Shown here in pieces: positions 26,531 to 35,905 of a DNA stretch of 64,000 nucleotides. Position 1 is the stretch's first letter. Each line of letters starts with the position of its first letter. Origin of the DNA: Gammaproteobacteria bacterium. GTDB taxonomy: Bacteria > Pseudomonadota > Gammaproteobacteria > CAJXQU01. The stretch is taken from NCBI GenBank assembly GCA_965223825.1, contig OZ245018.1:1939792-2003791 (forward strand), in the 5' to 3' direction. The notes under the pieces were generated by a model that saw nothing but the letters and a program-made list of their open reading frames with translations, was not told where the DNA came from and ran no database searches. Made by a program: the position numbers and the translations under genes.

Positions 26531-28822
26531 GTGCTGAACAAAGAACTGGAACAATCATTAAACCTCGCGTTCAAGGAAGCGCGCGAGAAACGTCATGAGT
26601 TTATGACGGTAGAGCATTTATTGCTCGCCTTACTCGACAACCCATCTTCTTCACGCGTACTACGTGCTTGTGGTGTCAAAATTGACGAGCTACGAGAAGA
26701 GCTGGAAAAATTGGTCAACGAAAACGCCGTTTTATTACCAGAAGGTGATGAACGCGACACCCAGCCAACACTGGGCTTTCAGCGAGTTTTACAACGCGCT
26801 GTTTTTCATGTCCAATCTTCAGGTAAGAAAGAAGTGTCAGGTGCGAATGTCCTGATCGCAATCTTTGGTGAACGCGAATCCCGCGCCGTTTACCTCTTAA
26901 ATAAACAAAACATCACACGCCTCGACGTGGTGAATTACATCTCACATGGCATCACAAAAACGCCAAGAGATGAATCATCCACAGATGAAACGATGGATTC
27001 AGCATCACCGTCTATGGATCAGGCTAGCCCTGCCCCAGAGCAGTCAGACAATCCATTGGATAATTACACCACGAACCTGAATGAACAAGCGCTAATCGGC
27101 AAAATCGATCCTTTAATAGGCCGAAGCCATGAGGTGGAGCGAACGATTCAAATTCTGTGTCGGCGTCGCAAAAACAACCCACTACTCGTTGGAGAAGCTG
27201 GTGTGGGTAAAACCGCTATAGCAGAAGGTTTAGCGAAACATATTGTTGAAGGCAACGTACCTGAAGTACTTATGGACAGCACGATCTATTCATTGGATCT
27301 AGGTGCTCTGCTTGCTGGTACAAAATATCGCGGCGATTTCGAGAAACGTTTAAAAAGTGTTCTCGCGCATCTTAAGAAAACACCGGGTTCTGTTCTCTTC
27401 ATTGATGAAATTCATACCATTATTGGAGCCGGCGCTGCATCTGGTGGTGTTATGGATGCCTCAAACCTGATCAAACCAATGCTTGCCTCTGGCGAAATGA
27501 AATGTATCGGTTCGACGACGTATCAAGAGTATCGTGGAATTTTTGAAAAAGACCGTGCCCTTGCACGACGTTTTCAAAAAATCGATGTGACTGAACCTAG
27601 CGTGGATGAAACCTATGAAATCCTCAAAGGGTTAAAGTCACGATTTGAAGATCATCATGAGATTTCATATACCGATCAAGCGTTAAAAGCCGCGGCAGAA
27701 CTGACTGAACGTTATATTAATGATCGTCATCTTCCGGACAAAGCGATTGACATCATCGACGAGGCAGGTGCAAGCCAACGACTGTTACCGGATGATCAAC
27801 GCAAAGCGATCATAGATGTAAAAGATATTGAAGACATGATCGCTAAAATCGCGCGAATTCCAACTAAAACCGTTTCATCGTCAGATAAAGACGTCCTCAA
27901 AAACCTTGAGCGCGATCTGAAAATGGTTGTGTTCGGTCAAGATGAAGCCATTCAAACATTATCTGCTGCAATTAAAATGTCACGCTCTGGCCTTGGTCGA
28001 GATGACAAACCAATTGGTTCTTTCCTGTTCGCCGGTCCAACGGGTGTGGGTAAAACAGAAGTTAGCAAACAGCTTGCTCAAATTATGGGGATTGAATTAG
28101 TTCGGTTTGACATGTCTGAGTACATGGAGAGGCATACCGTCTCTCGCCTGATCGGCGCACCACCAGGATATGTTGGTTTTGATCAAGGTGGCTTATTGAC
28201 TGAAGCGATTAATAAGCAGCCGCATGCAATTTTACTGCTAGACGAAATTGAAAAAGCACATCCCGATGTGTTCAATTTGCTCTTGCAAGTCATGGATCAC
28301 GGCAAGCTAACAGATACTAATGGTCGGGAAACTGATTTCCGTAATGTGATCATCATCATGACGACCAATGCAGGCGCGGATCGTTTAAATCGCACATCCA
28401 TTGGTTTCACAACACAAGTTGAATCGTCGGATGCAATGGAAGATATTAAACGTATCTTCACACCAGAATTCCGTAATCGTTTGGATTCTATCGTCCACTT
28501 CGGTGGTTTGGCGCTTGAAACCATCATTCACGTTGTGGACAAGTTCATCGTCGATCTGGAATTCCAGCTTGATAAGAAGAAGGTCACGTTAGTTGTCGAT
28601 GATAGCGCTCGTCAATGGCTTGCCATTCACGGCCATGATCCACTCATGGGTGCGCGGCCGATGAATCGCTTGATTCAGGACAAAATCCGTCGCCCGCTCG
28701 CTGAAGAGTTATTGTTCGGCAAGTTGGAGAATGGAGGCTTGGTTCGAATAACAACCAAAGATGAAGAACTGGATATTGAGATCAGCGTGCTAGATCGGGA
28801 AGAAACAGAAGAAGCTTCCTGA
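26531..28822 (+). CDS. clpA: ATP-dependent Clp protease ATP-binding subunit ClpA
   Basis: 763 aa, GTG start; N-domain EHLLLALL, two AAA+ modules (GEAGVGKT; GPTGVGKT), immediately after clpS. Confidence 0.95.
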   Translation: MLNKELEQSLNLAFKEAREKRHEFMTVEHLLLALLDNPSSSRVLRACGVKIDELREELEKLVNENAVLLPEGDERDTQPTLGFQRVLQRAVFHVQSSGKKEVSGANVLIAIFGERESRAVYLLNKQNITRLDVVNYISHGITKTPRDESSTDETMDSASPSMDQASPAPEQSDNPLDNYTTNLNEQALIGKIDPLIGRSHEVERTIQILCRRRKNNPLLVGEAGVGKTAIAEGLAKHIVEGNVPEVLMDSTIYSLDLGALLAGTKYRGDFEKRLKSVLAHLKKTPGSVLFIDEIHTIIGAGAASGGVMDASNLIKPMLASGEMKCIGSTTYQEYRGIFEKDRALARRFQKIDVTEPSVDETYEILKGLKSRFEDHHEISYTDQALKAAAELTERYINDRHLPDKAIDIIDEAGASQRLLPDDQRKAIIDVKDIEDMIAKIARIPTKTVSSSDKDVLKNLERDLKMVVFGQDEAIQTLSAAIKMSRSGLGRDDKPIGSFLFAGPTGVGKTEVSKQLAQIMGIELVRFDMSEYMERHTVSRLIGAPPGYVGFDQGGLLTEAINKQPHAILLLDEIEKAHPDVFNLLLQVMDHGKLTDTNGRETDFRNVIIIMTTNAGADRLNRTSIGFTTQVESSDAMEDIKRIFTPEFRNRLDSIVHFGGLALETIIHVVDKFIVDLEFQLDKKKVTLVVDDSARQWLAIHGHDPLMGARPMNRLIQDKIRRPLAEELLFGKLENGGLVRITTKDEELDIEISVLDREETEEAS

Positions 28823-28852
28823 TAAAAAATAGACTTGAGTCGTTAAATTAAA

Positions 28853-28888
28853 ACGCCCGCTCTTTTTTGAAGACCGGGCGTTTTTTTA
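28853..28888. terminator. Bidirectional rho-independent terminator between clpA (+) and argA (-)
   Basis: acgcccgctc-ttttttgaa-gaccgggcgt followed by T7 on + strand and U-rich tract on - strand. Confidence 0.8.
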
Positions 28889-28898
28889 TACTTATCGT

Positions 28899-30206
28899 TT
28901 AAAGTGTTTTGAAAAAAACTTTTGAATTTCGCTGGAAGTTATACAAGGTCTGCCGCTCTGAGGGTAAATCTTCGATCAGCCCTTCCACAAAGCCTTGTTC
29001 AATAAACCAATGCGCAGTCTGTGTCGTCAAAACAAATAGTTTCGATAACCCAAAACGTTTGGCTTCTTTTTCAATGGCATTGAATAACAATTCACCTCGT
29101 CCATGATTCCGGTAATCATGCCGTATGGCGAGGCAAGACAACTCAGCCACTTGTTCATTTTCATGTAGATAAAGTGCAATACAACCAATGATTGCATTAT
29201 CACGCACCATCACGGTGAAATGATGAACTTCCATCTCGAGTTTTTCCCGTGAGCGTTTAACTAAAATCCCCTTCTGTTCCATTGGAATGATCAGTTCTAA
29301 AATACCACCGATATCTTCAATTGTTGCTTTTCTAATCTCATCAAAAGGAGCTGCGCTGAGCATCGTACCAACACCATCTCGTGAAAAAAGCTCTAGTAAA
29401 ACACCACCATTCACCAAACGATTAATCATGTGCACGCGTTGCACACCGTTTTGACTTGCGGCCAATGCACACAGTAACTCTGTTTGTGCGCCAGGCTCTT
29501 CAACCAACCGCTGTTCAACCACATCCGGCGTCATTTCGCGCAATAGTTGGCCATTTTGATCTAATCCTAGCTCACCCTCGGTTAGCATCACGAGCTTATG
29601 TGCACCGAGCGCAACCGATACCGATGCCGCCACATCAAAAGCGCTGAGATTAAACACCTCTCCTGTTGGTGAATACCCGATCGGAGAAACCAAGACAATT
29701 TCACCGCTGTCGAGACGCTGATTGATTGATTGGGTGGAAATGCGTCTAACCTCTCCGGTATGACAAAAATCAATTCCGTCTCGAATACCTAAAGGACGCG
29801 CCGTGACGAAATTTCCTGACGCGACACGAATTTGCGCTCCGCCCATTGGCGAATTAACAAGTCCTGTCGAAAACAGCGCCTCAATTTCAACGCGGCATGC
29901 GCCTACGGCCCTTTTAACGCTCGCGAGCGATTCTGCATCAGTGATTCGAAGACCCAACGCATATCGTGGTGTTAGCCCATCACGTTCCATTTCTTGCTCA
30001 ATTTGCGGACGAATACCATGAACCACTACTAATCGAATGCCGAGGCTAGATAGCAAAGCGAGATCGTGAATAAGCGCAGAAAAGTTGCTTGAAGTAAGTG
30101 CTTCGCCACCGAAATAAACGACGAACGTACTTCCCCTATGTTGATGAATATAGGGTGAGGCGGCACGAAACCAGTCTACAAATTGGCTGTCATCGTTCAT
30201 TGTCAT
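28899..30206 (-). CDS. argA: Amino-acid N-acetyltransferase (N-acetylglutamate synthase) ArgA
   Basis: 435 aa; N-terminal amino-acid-kinase-like fold + C-terminal GNAT (HDYRNHGRGELLFNAIE). Confidence 0.9.
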   Translation of the reverse strand: MTMNDDSQFVDWFRAASPYIHQHRGSTFVVYFGGEALTSSNFSALIHDLALLSSLGIRLVVVHGIRPQIEQEMERDGLTPRYALGLRITDAESLASVKRAVGACRVEIEALFSTGLVNSPMGGAQIRVASGNFVTARPLGIRDGIDFCHTGEVRRISTQSINQRLDSGEIVLVSPIGYSPTGEVFNLSAFDVAASVSVALGAHKLVMLTEGELGLDQNGQLLREMTPDVVEQRLVEEPGAQTELLCALAASQNGVQRVHMINRLVNGGVLLELFSRDGVGTMLSAAPFDEIRKATIEDIGGILELIIPMEQKGILVKRSREKLEMEVHHFTVMVRDNAIIGCIALYLHENEQVAELSCLAIRHDYRNHGRGELLFNAIEKEAKRFGLSKLFVLTTQTAHWFIEQGFVEGLIEDLPSERQTLYNFQRNSKVFFKTL

Positions 30207-31371
30207 TAATACAAAATTCGTGAATTAAATTTTCCAAAATTCGGATCGTCGGTGTTAAGCGATCAAGCGCAACATATTCATCGGGCTGATGCGCCTGAGC
30301 AATATCACCAGCGCCTAGAATAATCGTATCAATCCCTAACGCATCTAAAAACGGCCCTTCTGTGGCAAACGCAACGGAACCCGCCTTGCGTTGGCTGAAT
30401 TGTTCAGATGCCGTCACAATTCGTGAACTGGCTGGCGTGGCCATCGGTGGAATTGCTTCTGTCAACGTGCACAACTTGTATGTTAACCCAGAATCTAAGA
30501 GAGCGTTAGCAACCTGTTGATTTATATCGGCTCGTACCTGATCAACATTCATCCCAGGTAAAAGACGTAGATCAATTTGCAACTCACATTCACCGCAGAT
30601 CCGGTTCGGATTATCGCCGCCGTGAATGTGGCCTAGATTCATAGTTGGTGTCGCTACTTCAAACAATGCATGCTGGTATTGTTGCTGGATCTGATCGCGC
30701 CAGTTTAATAACGATCCGATCACACGGTGCATACCCTCCATCGCATTATTGCCATAGGCAGGATTACTCGAATGCCCAGACTGACCAAAGACCGTGATTG
30801 ACTCCATCATCACGCCTTTGTGCATTCGGATCGGTGTGAGTCCTGTAGGTTCGCCGATCACGGCATATTTCGCACGAATGTTCCCCTGTTCAACCAACAA
30901 CCGCGCACCAGACATCGTACTTTCTTCGTCTGCAGTTGCTAGGATGATCAGCGGTTTGGTTAATTCCTTTCCGGCAAAGGCTTGCAGTGCGGCTATCACC
31001 AGCGGGAAAAAACCTTTCATGTCAGACGTACCCAAACCGTACAATCGATCATCACGCTGGGATAACGTAAATGGATCACTATTCCACCGAGCATCGTCAT
31101 ACGGCACAGTATCGGTATGACCGGCCAAAATTAGACCATCGTCGCCCTCACCTAGTCGCGCGATCAAGTTGTACTTGTCTGGTGACGATGTTACTAATTG
31201 TTTTTCGATCGCAAAACCCAGCTCGCTAAACCAACTTGCAAGAAGATCGATCACCGTTTCGTTACCCATGTCGAATGCAGGGTTCACACTGCTTACCGAA
31301 GGGGCTTCGATCAAACGAGCATACATCTCTGTTAGATCAGGTAATTGAAAGCTTGCGTTAATCAAGGTCAT
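30190..31371 (-). CDS. argE: Acetylornithine deacetylase ArgE (M20 peptidase family)
   Basis: 393 aa; M20 metal-binding motifs (AGHTDTVP, GTSDMKG, ATADEE); 17-bp overlap with argA. Confidence 0.85.
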   Translation of the reverse strand: MTLINASFQLPDLTEMYARLIEAPSVSSVNPAFDMGNETVIDLLASWFSELGFAIEKQLVTSSPDKYNLIARLGEGDDGLILAGHTDTVPYDDARWNSDPFTLSQRDDRLYGLGTSDMKGFFPLVIAALQAFAGKELTKPLIILATADEESTMSGARLLVEQGNIRAKYAVIGEPTGLTPIRMHKGVMMESITVFGQSGHSSNPAYGNNAMEGMHRVIGSLLNWRDQIQQQYQHALFEVATPTMNLGHIHGGDNPNRICGECELQIDLRLLPGMNVDQVRADINQQVANALLDSGLTYKLCTLTEAIPPMATPASSRIVTASEQFSQRKAGSVAFATEGPFLDALGIDTIILGAGDIAQAHQPDEYVALDRLTPTIRILENLIHEFCINDNER

Positions 31372-31449
31372 CGTCGCTATTTATGTCTCTTAAATTTTGT
31401 CAGGTTGTTCTTTTCTTATTCTAGGCAACAGCTTGAACTATCTTCTCAA

Positions 31450-32109
31450 TTATTGCGCCTTTTCCGCTTCTAAAGCGGGAGAAGGAACAGGTGCTTTTAT
31501 CGAAGATAAATTTGCCGCCATGTCGGTCACCATCGCTGTTAATGCAGCACTCATCGCTGCTGTTAAAGATGTATAACCAGTCCCTGAGATCGCTTCTTTG
31601 TGTTTTTTATATCCTTCAGACACCACAATATTAGTTCGCTCGTTGATCAACACCCAACGCATTTCCGCATCCAACGTATCTCCGAGTATTCCGTCAAATT
31701 GCAGTACCGTTATCACCATTCGATAGTCCATCGCACCGAATGCATTCCAAGGATAAGGGTATAAAGACAACTGCGGATGCGCTTTCGACAAGCCTTGAGT
31801 AATCTCGCGGATCATCGCGTCATTTAAGGGCTCAGCCCATTGATCAAACTCGGCAAGCTGTAACTGATTTTGCGAATCACGAGTGACAATCTGTAAACGA
31901 TCAAGATATTTCGGTAATGATAACGGTCCAATTCCGACACGAACGCGTGCCTGTGAGGCACCAGTTGTCGCAGCCGAGACTTCACTTGGCGTCACATGTA
32001 ATGTGTAAAATCGCGCTGGTTGTGTGGTGGCGCAGGCTGTTAGAAGCAGCATGAAAATACTGGTAAAACAGAAAACTTTCGCTCGATCACGTTGTGAATG
32101 TTTCGTCAT
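31450..32109 (-). CDS. pqiC: PqiC/YmbA-like ABC-transport auxiliary lipoprotein
   Basis: 219 aa; lipoprotein signal LLLTACAT; downstream of pqiB on same strand. Confidence 0.7.
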   Translation of the reverse strand: MTKHSQRDRAKVFCFTSIFMLLLTACATTQPARFYTLHVTPSEVSAATTGASQARVRVGIGPLSLPKYLDRLQIVTRDSQNQLQLAEFDQWAEPLNDAMIREITQGLSKAHPQLSLYPYPWNAFGAMDYRMVITVLQFDGILGDTLDAEMRWVLINERTNIVVSEGYKKHKEAISGTGYTSLTAAMSAALTAMVTDMAANLSSIKAPVPSPALEAEKAQ

Positions 32110-32115
32110 AATTTA

Positions 32116-33792
32116 TTAATCCGTTTTACCTCTAATAAGAGAGTCTGGGTTGCGCTGTAAATAGTTCGCCAGCTCACGCATTGATCGCGCCGCGTCAGAG
32201 AGCTCGATCAGGGCTTTTTGTAATTCGTATTGAAGGGTGGAACCCGGCTCAAATGTGCTGAATGCATTACTCGCACTTTTCATCGTGCCATCAGCAGAGG
32301 TCATCGTGTCGTTAAACTGCGTAAAGGCTGAATCAACTGTAGACAACGCCTTGTTGGCCGATCGCAATGTTGTCGAGAGTCGCTGATCAACTGACGATAA
32401 GGTTTGCGATGCCGTATCCAACGTTGTCGTCGCCGCATCAGTCGCGTCCTTCACCCCTTTTAAGGCACTGACCAACTCACCAGAAATCTGATCAAGCGGC
32501 ATGTTTGAGAGTTTATCCATAAGTGCCTTGGCGGTATCAGCAAACTGATCCAGTGTTGGCGGAATGGTGGGTAATTCCATTTTACCTGCTGCATCTTCAC
32601 GCATCACAAGCGACTCAGTCGGATAAAAGTCTAGCGCCACGAAAAGTTGTCCTGTGATCAAACTGCCGGTTTGCAATTGTGCTCGCAAGCCGTCACGAAT
32701 GAGATGATCAATAAATTGTCGATCCGTCGCTTCGTCGCTTGTGCTCGACTGTCCGAGCCTTTCTGGTTCAAGTACAACACTCACAGGAATACGCACATCA
32801 TTCGTTTTTTCATCTATTTCCAGATCAATTCGCGCGACCTTCCCTACAGGGATCCCTCGCAGCTCAACTGGCGCCCCCACTTTTAAACCGCGAATCGAGC
32901 CTTCAAAATGTAAAGTGTAAGCCAGAGTACGGGTGTAACTCAGTTGCGTTGTATGCGTCAGTGAATCGTATAAACGAAATACTGATCCTGGCTGACTCAT
33001 TTCACTGCGTTCAAGATTATCTGGCACTTTGAAAGAAATGCCACCACTCAATAATGAAACAAACGGTCCTGTACGCAGATTAAAGCCTTGCGCACCGGCT
33101 TCCAGACTTATCCCGCTATCAATCCAAAACTGTGTACCATTTCGAACAAACTGATGATACGGCGCACGAATAAAGATCGGCAACGTCACATTTCGTCCGT
33201 CTTCCGATAATGATCGTTCCAACACTTTACCGACTTGTTCACCGTGAAAGTGAATCGGTGCGCCCGCACCGATATAACGCACATCGTCACTTTTCAACAC
33301 ATAACGACGGCCCTCCACCTCACTCGTTAAGGCAGGTGGTGTTTCCAAACCGACAAATTCATCGCGCTCCTCACCTTGCCCTGGCTCAACTTCGATATAC
33401 GGACCTGTCAGCAACGTTGATAAACCACTCACGCCGCCCAATCCCACTTGAGGACGCACAACCCAAAAACGCGTGCTTTCTTTAAAAAAATCCTCAGTGC
33501 CTTTGTTCATTTGCGCGACAATACGAATGGTTTTTAGATCGCTATTAATCACGATATTTTTCACACGGCCTATTTCAACATCACGAAATTTGAAGCGCGT
33601 TTTTTCAACATTCAAGCCTTCTGCAGTATTAAAATTTATCGTAATTTCAGGCCCTTTATCGATAATTGATTTGTAGATCATCCATGTGCTTACCACCAAT
33701 GCAATAATCGGCAATAACCAGACGATTGAAGGCCCTCGACGTTTTTTAATCGCCGCGTTTGCTGCAGGTTGAACGGGGTTATTTTCGGTCAC
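32116..33792 (-). CDS. pqiB: Intermembrane transport protein PqiB (multi-MCE domain)
   Basis: 558 aa; N-terminal TM, three MCE repeats, C-terminal helical region. Confidence 0.85.
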   Translation of the reverse strand: MTENNPVQPAANAAIKKRRGPSIVWLLPIIALVVSTWMIYKSIIDKGPEITINFNTAEGLNVEKTRFKFRDVEIGRVKNIVINSDLKTIRIVAQMNKGTEDFFKESTRFWVVRPQVGLGGVSGLSTLLTGPYIEVEPGQGEERDEFVGLETPPALTSEVEGRRYVLKSDDVRYIGAGAPIHFHGEQVGKVLERSLSEDGRNVTLPIFIRAPYHQFVRNGTQFWIDSGISLEAGAQGFNLRTGPFVSLLSGGISFKVPDNLERSEMSQPGSVFRLYDSLTHTTQLSYTRTLAYTLHFEGSIRGLKVGAPVELRGIPVGKVARIDLEIDEKTNDVRIPVSVVLEPERLGQSSTSDEATDRQFIDHLIRDGLRAQLQTGSLITGQLFVALDFYPTESLVMREDAAGKMELPTIPPTLDQFADTAKALMDKLSNMPLDQISGELVSALKGVKDATDAATTTLDTASQTLSSVDQRLSTTLRSANKALSTVDSAFTQFNDTMTSADGTMKSASNAFSTFEPGSTLQYELQKALIELSDAARSMRELANYLQRNPDSLIRGKTD

Positions 33793-34405
33793 TCAACTTC
33801 TCCTGTACATCCCAGATCCGACGTGGATCAAACGCATTTGCCGCTAACATGGTAAACACGACAACTAACGCAAATGATGTCGCCGCTGGCCCCGCGATCA
33901 CACGGGCAAGCTCGCCTAAATCCACTAGGGCGACAAGGATTGCGATCATAAAAATATCTAGCATTGACCAGCGACCAACAAAAGCAATCACACGATAAAC
34001 TTTCGTCCAATAACGCGCATCGGCGGGGAGCTGAAAATACACGATACTCATTAAGGCAATCAGCCCAACCAACTTCAATAATGGTACGAGTATACTCGCG
34101 ACCAAGACGAGTATTGCGATCGGGATCATCCCTTCGTGCATCAACGCAATGATGCCACCGGCGATCGTGTGCGTCTCTTCCTGTGCTAAGTTACTCACCG
34201 ACATGATTGGAAATAAATTTGCCGGAATATAAAAAATAATACTGGTTAATACCAACATCGCCGTCGTTCGCAAACCGCCGGATTTACGCTGGTGTAACTC
34301 ACTGTGACAACGTGGGCAACGTGAATCTTCCGTATTATGTGCAGACAACAAACCGCAATCATGGCAACGTAATAAATTCTGAGAATGCGCGGTTTCAAAC
34401 GTCAT
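33779..34405 (-). CDS. pqiA: PqiA-family integral membrane protein (second half as separate gene)
   Basis: ORF 33779..34444, start at MTFET (34405) giving ATGA overlap with upstream half; zinc ribbon CHDCG...CPRC followed by TM helices. Confidence 0.75.
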   Translation of the reverse strand: MTFETAHSQNLLRCHDCGLLSAHNTEDSRCPRCHSELHQRKSGGLRTTAMLVLTSIIFYIPANLFPIMSVSNLAQEETHTIAGGIIALMHEGMIPIAILVLVASILVPLLKLVGLIALMSIVYFQLPADARYWTKVYRVIAFVGRWSMLDIFMIAILVALVDLGELARVIAGPAATSFALVVVFTMLAANAFDPRRIWDVQEKLSDRK

Positions 34406-35025
34406 GCTGTTTGTCCTGATCGAATCATCCCAATCTGCTCCCAAAATGTTTCTTCATCCATCGTCGAACTCAACAAGGTCGTGATCAGCATTAGCACTGC
34501 AAACGAGTACAGTCCCCAGTCGAAAAAAACCTGTGCATCACCGGAGAGTTTTACAATCGCGACAATGATACCGAGCGTATAAACCTCGAGCATCGCCCAC
34601 TCATCCATGTGATGGATCCAACGCATCATATCCATCACATACGACGGTGCATTATTGAAATAAAGGTTCGCGCTCACCGCGAGCGTCATGAACAATTTCA
34701 AGAATGGAAAGATCACACTGGACAACAACACAAGAACCGCCACCAACCACAAACCACTATCAAACAACGCAGTGAAACTTCGCCACAACGGCACCTCGAC
34801 AAAATCACCTAAAAGCTGAATACCTAACATAGGTAAAAACATCGCAGGAAAGTAAAATAATAACCCGGCAATAGATAACGCAAAGGTACGTTCGACAGTG
34901 TGCTTTCGTGGCGAGTACAACACACAACCACAGCGAGGGCAGCACGCTTTTTCACCTAGCTGAGTTTGTGGATGTTGAATGAGGAGATCGCACTCACGAC
35001 ACGCGATCATCAGGTGATTAAGCAT
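34402..35025 (-). CDS. pqiA: PqiA-family integral membrane protein (first half as separate gene)
   Basis: 207 aa; CRECDL...CPRCG zinc ribbon + TM helices. Confidence 0.75.
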   Translation of the reverse strand: MLNHLMIACRECDLLIQHPQTQLGEKACCPRCGCVLYSPRKHTVERTFALSIAGLLFYFPAMFLPMLGIQLLGDFVEVPLWRSFTALFDSGLWLVAVLVLLSSVIFPFLKLFMTLAVSANLYFNNAPSYVMDMMRWIHHMDEWAMLEVYTLGIIVAIVKLSGDAQVFFDWGLYSFAVLMLITTLLSSTMDEETFWEQIGMIRSGQTA

Positions 35026-35136
35026 GTCCTAACGCAATCGCGAAAACGAAGCAGTTGAGATAATCATTATGTTATTTTAACACGTCAACGTAATCACGCG
35101 TTTTCATCGAATAAAGGCAACCGTCACCGAATTGAA

Positions 35137-35631
35137 TTACGTCTTATCGCTTTGTGTAAACTCTCCGATCGCACGGTTCTTTTTGACATTTTCCCAGCTA
35201 AATAATTTCCCATTCATGGAAATATAAACACCGGAGGACAACGCTTGCGCTGCAGAGATCGCACAACCTAAGTTAAACAACGCATCCGATTGCTTAAATG
35301 CGTAAGGCACCATCGCACCGAGTAAAACAATCGTCTTCTCAGCCAGTTTAGAATCCCCACCGAGTACGCGCGCCGTGTCCGTCATCGTATCCGTCCCATG
35401 CGTGATCACGATTTGATCTGACGAACATGCAAGACAATGTTTTAGGATTAATGCCCGATCATCATCGTTCATTTCAAGACTATCTTTTAAGAGTAATGTT
35501 TCTACTGAAATCTCCACCTTACAACGGCCCTGCGTCAACATTTGTGGCACAGCCGTTTCATCGAAGATCAACTCTCCATTCAGCTCGTTATACTTCTTAT
35601 CAATCGTCCCACCAGTAACGAATAACTGCAT
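35137..35631 (-). CDS. Asparaginase N-terminal-domain-only protein
   Basis: 164 aa; TGGTIDK and ITHGTDTM motifs of L-asparaginase catalytic N-domain; no C-domain present. Confidence 0.6.
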   Translation of the reverse strand: MQLFVTGGTIDKKYNELNGELIFDETAVPQMLTQGRCKVEISVETLLLKDSLEMNDDDRALILKHCLACSSDQIVITHGTDTMTDTARVLGGDSKLAEKTIVLLGAMVPYAFKQSDALFNLGCAISAAQALSSGVYISMNGKLFSWENVKKNRAIGEFTQSDKT

Positions 35632-35905
35632 CGTTCACAACCTCAAATTAAAAACAAAAGTCTTGCGCAAGAATAGAGAAAAAACCGATGAGAAACTAGC
35701 ACCAGACTATTTTTTACCGAGATGTACAAAAATCATCAGAAACCAGTTTGGCTCAGGCAAATTTCCCTTGTTTGGTGTTAGTTAATTGACTAACCTCGAG
35801 AGCGTAATAATTAGCTGCCATTATAATGGCACAATAGAACGTCTACAGGGATGGTGACGGGGAAATTAAAGTCACACTGTAGGCATATAATTTAGGGAGA
35901 AATTT

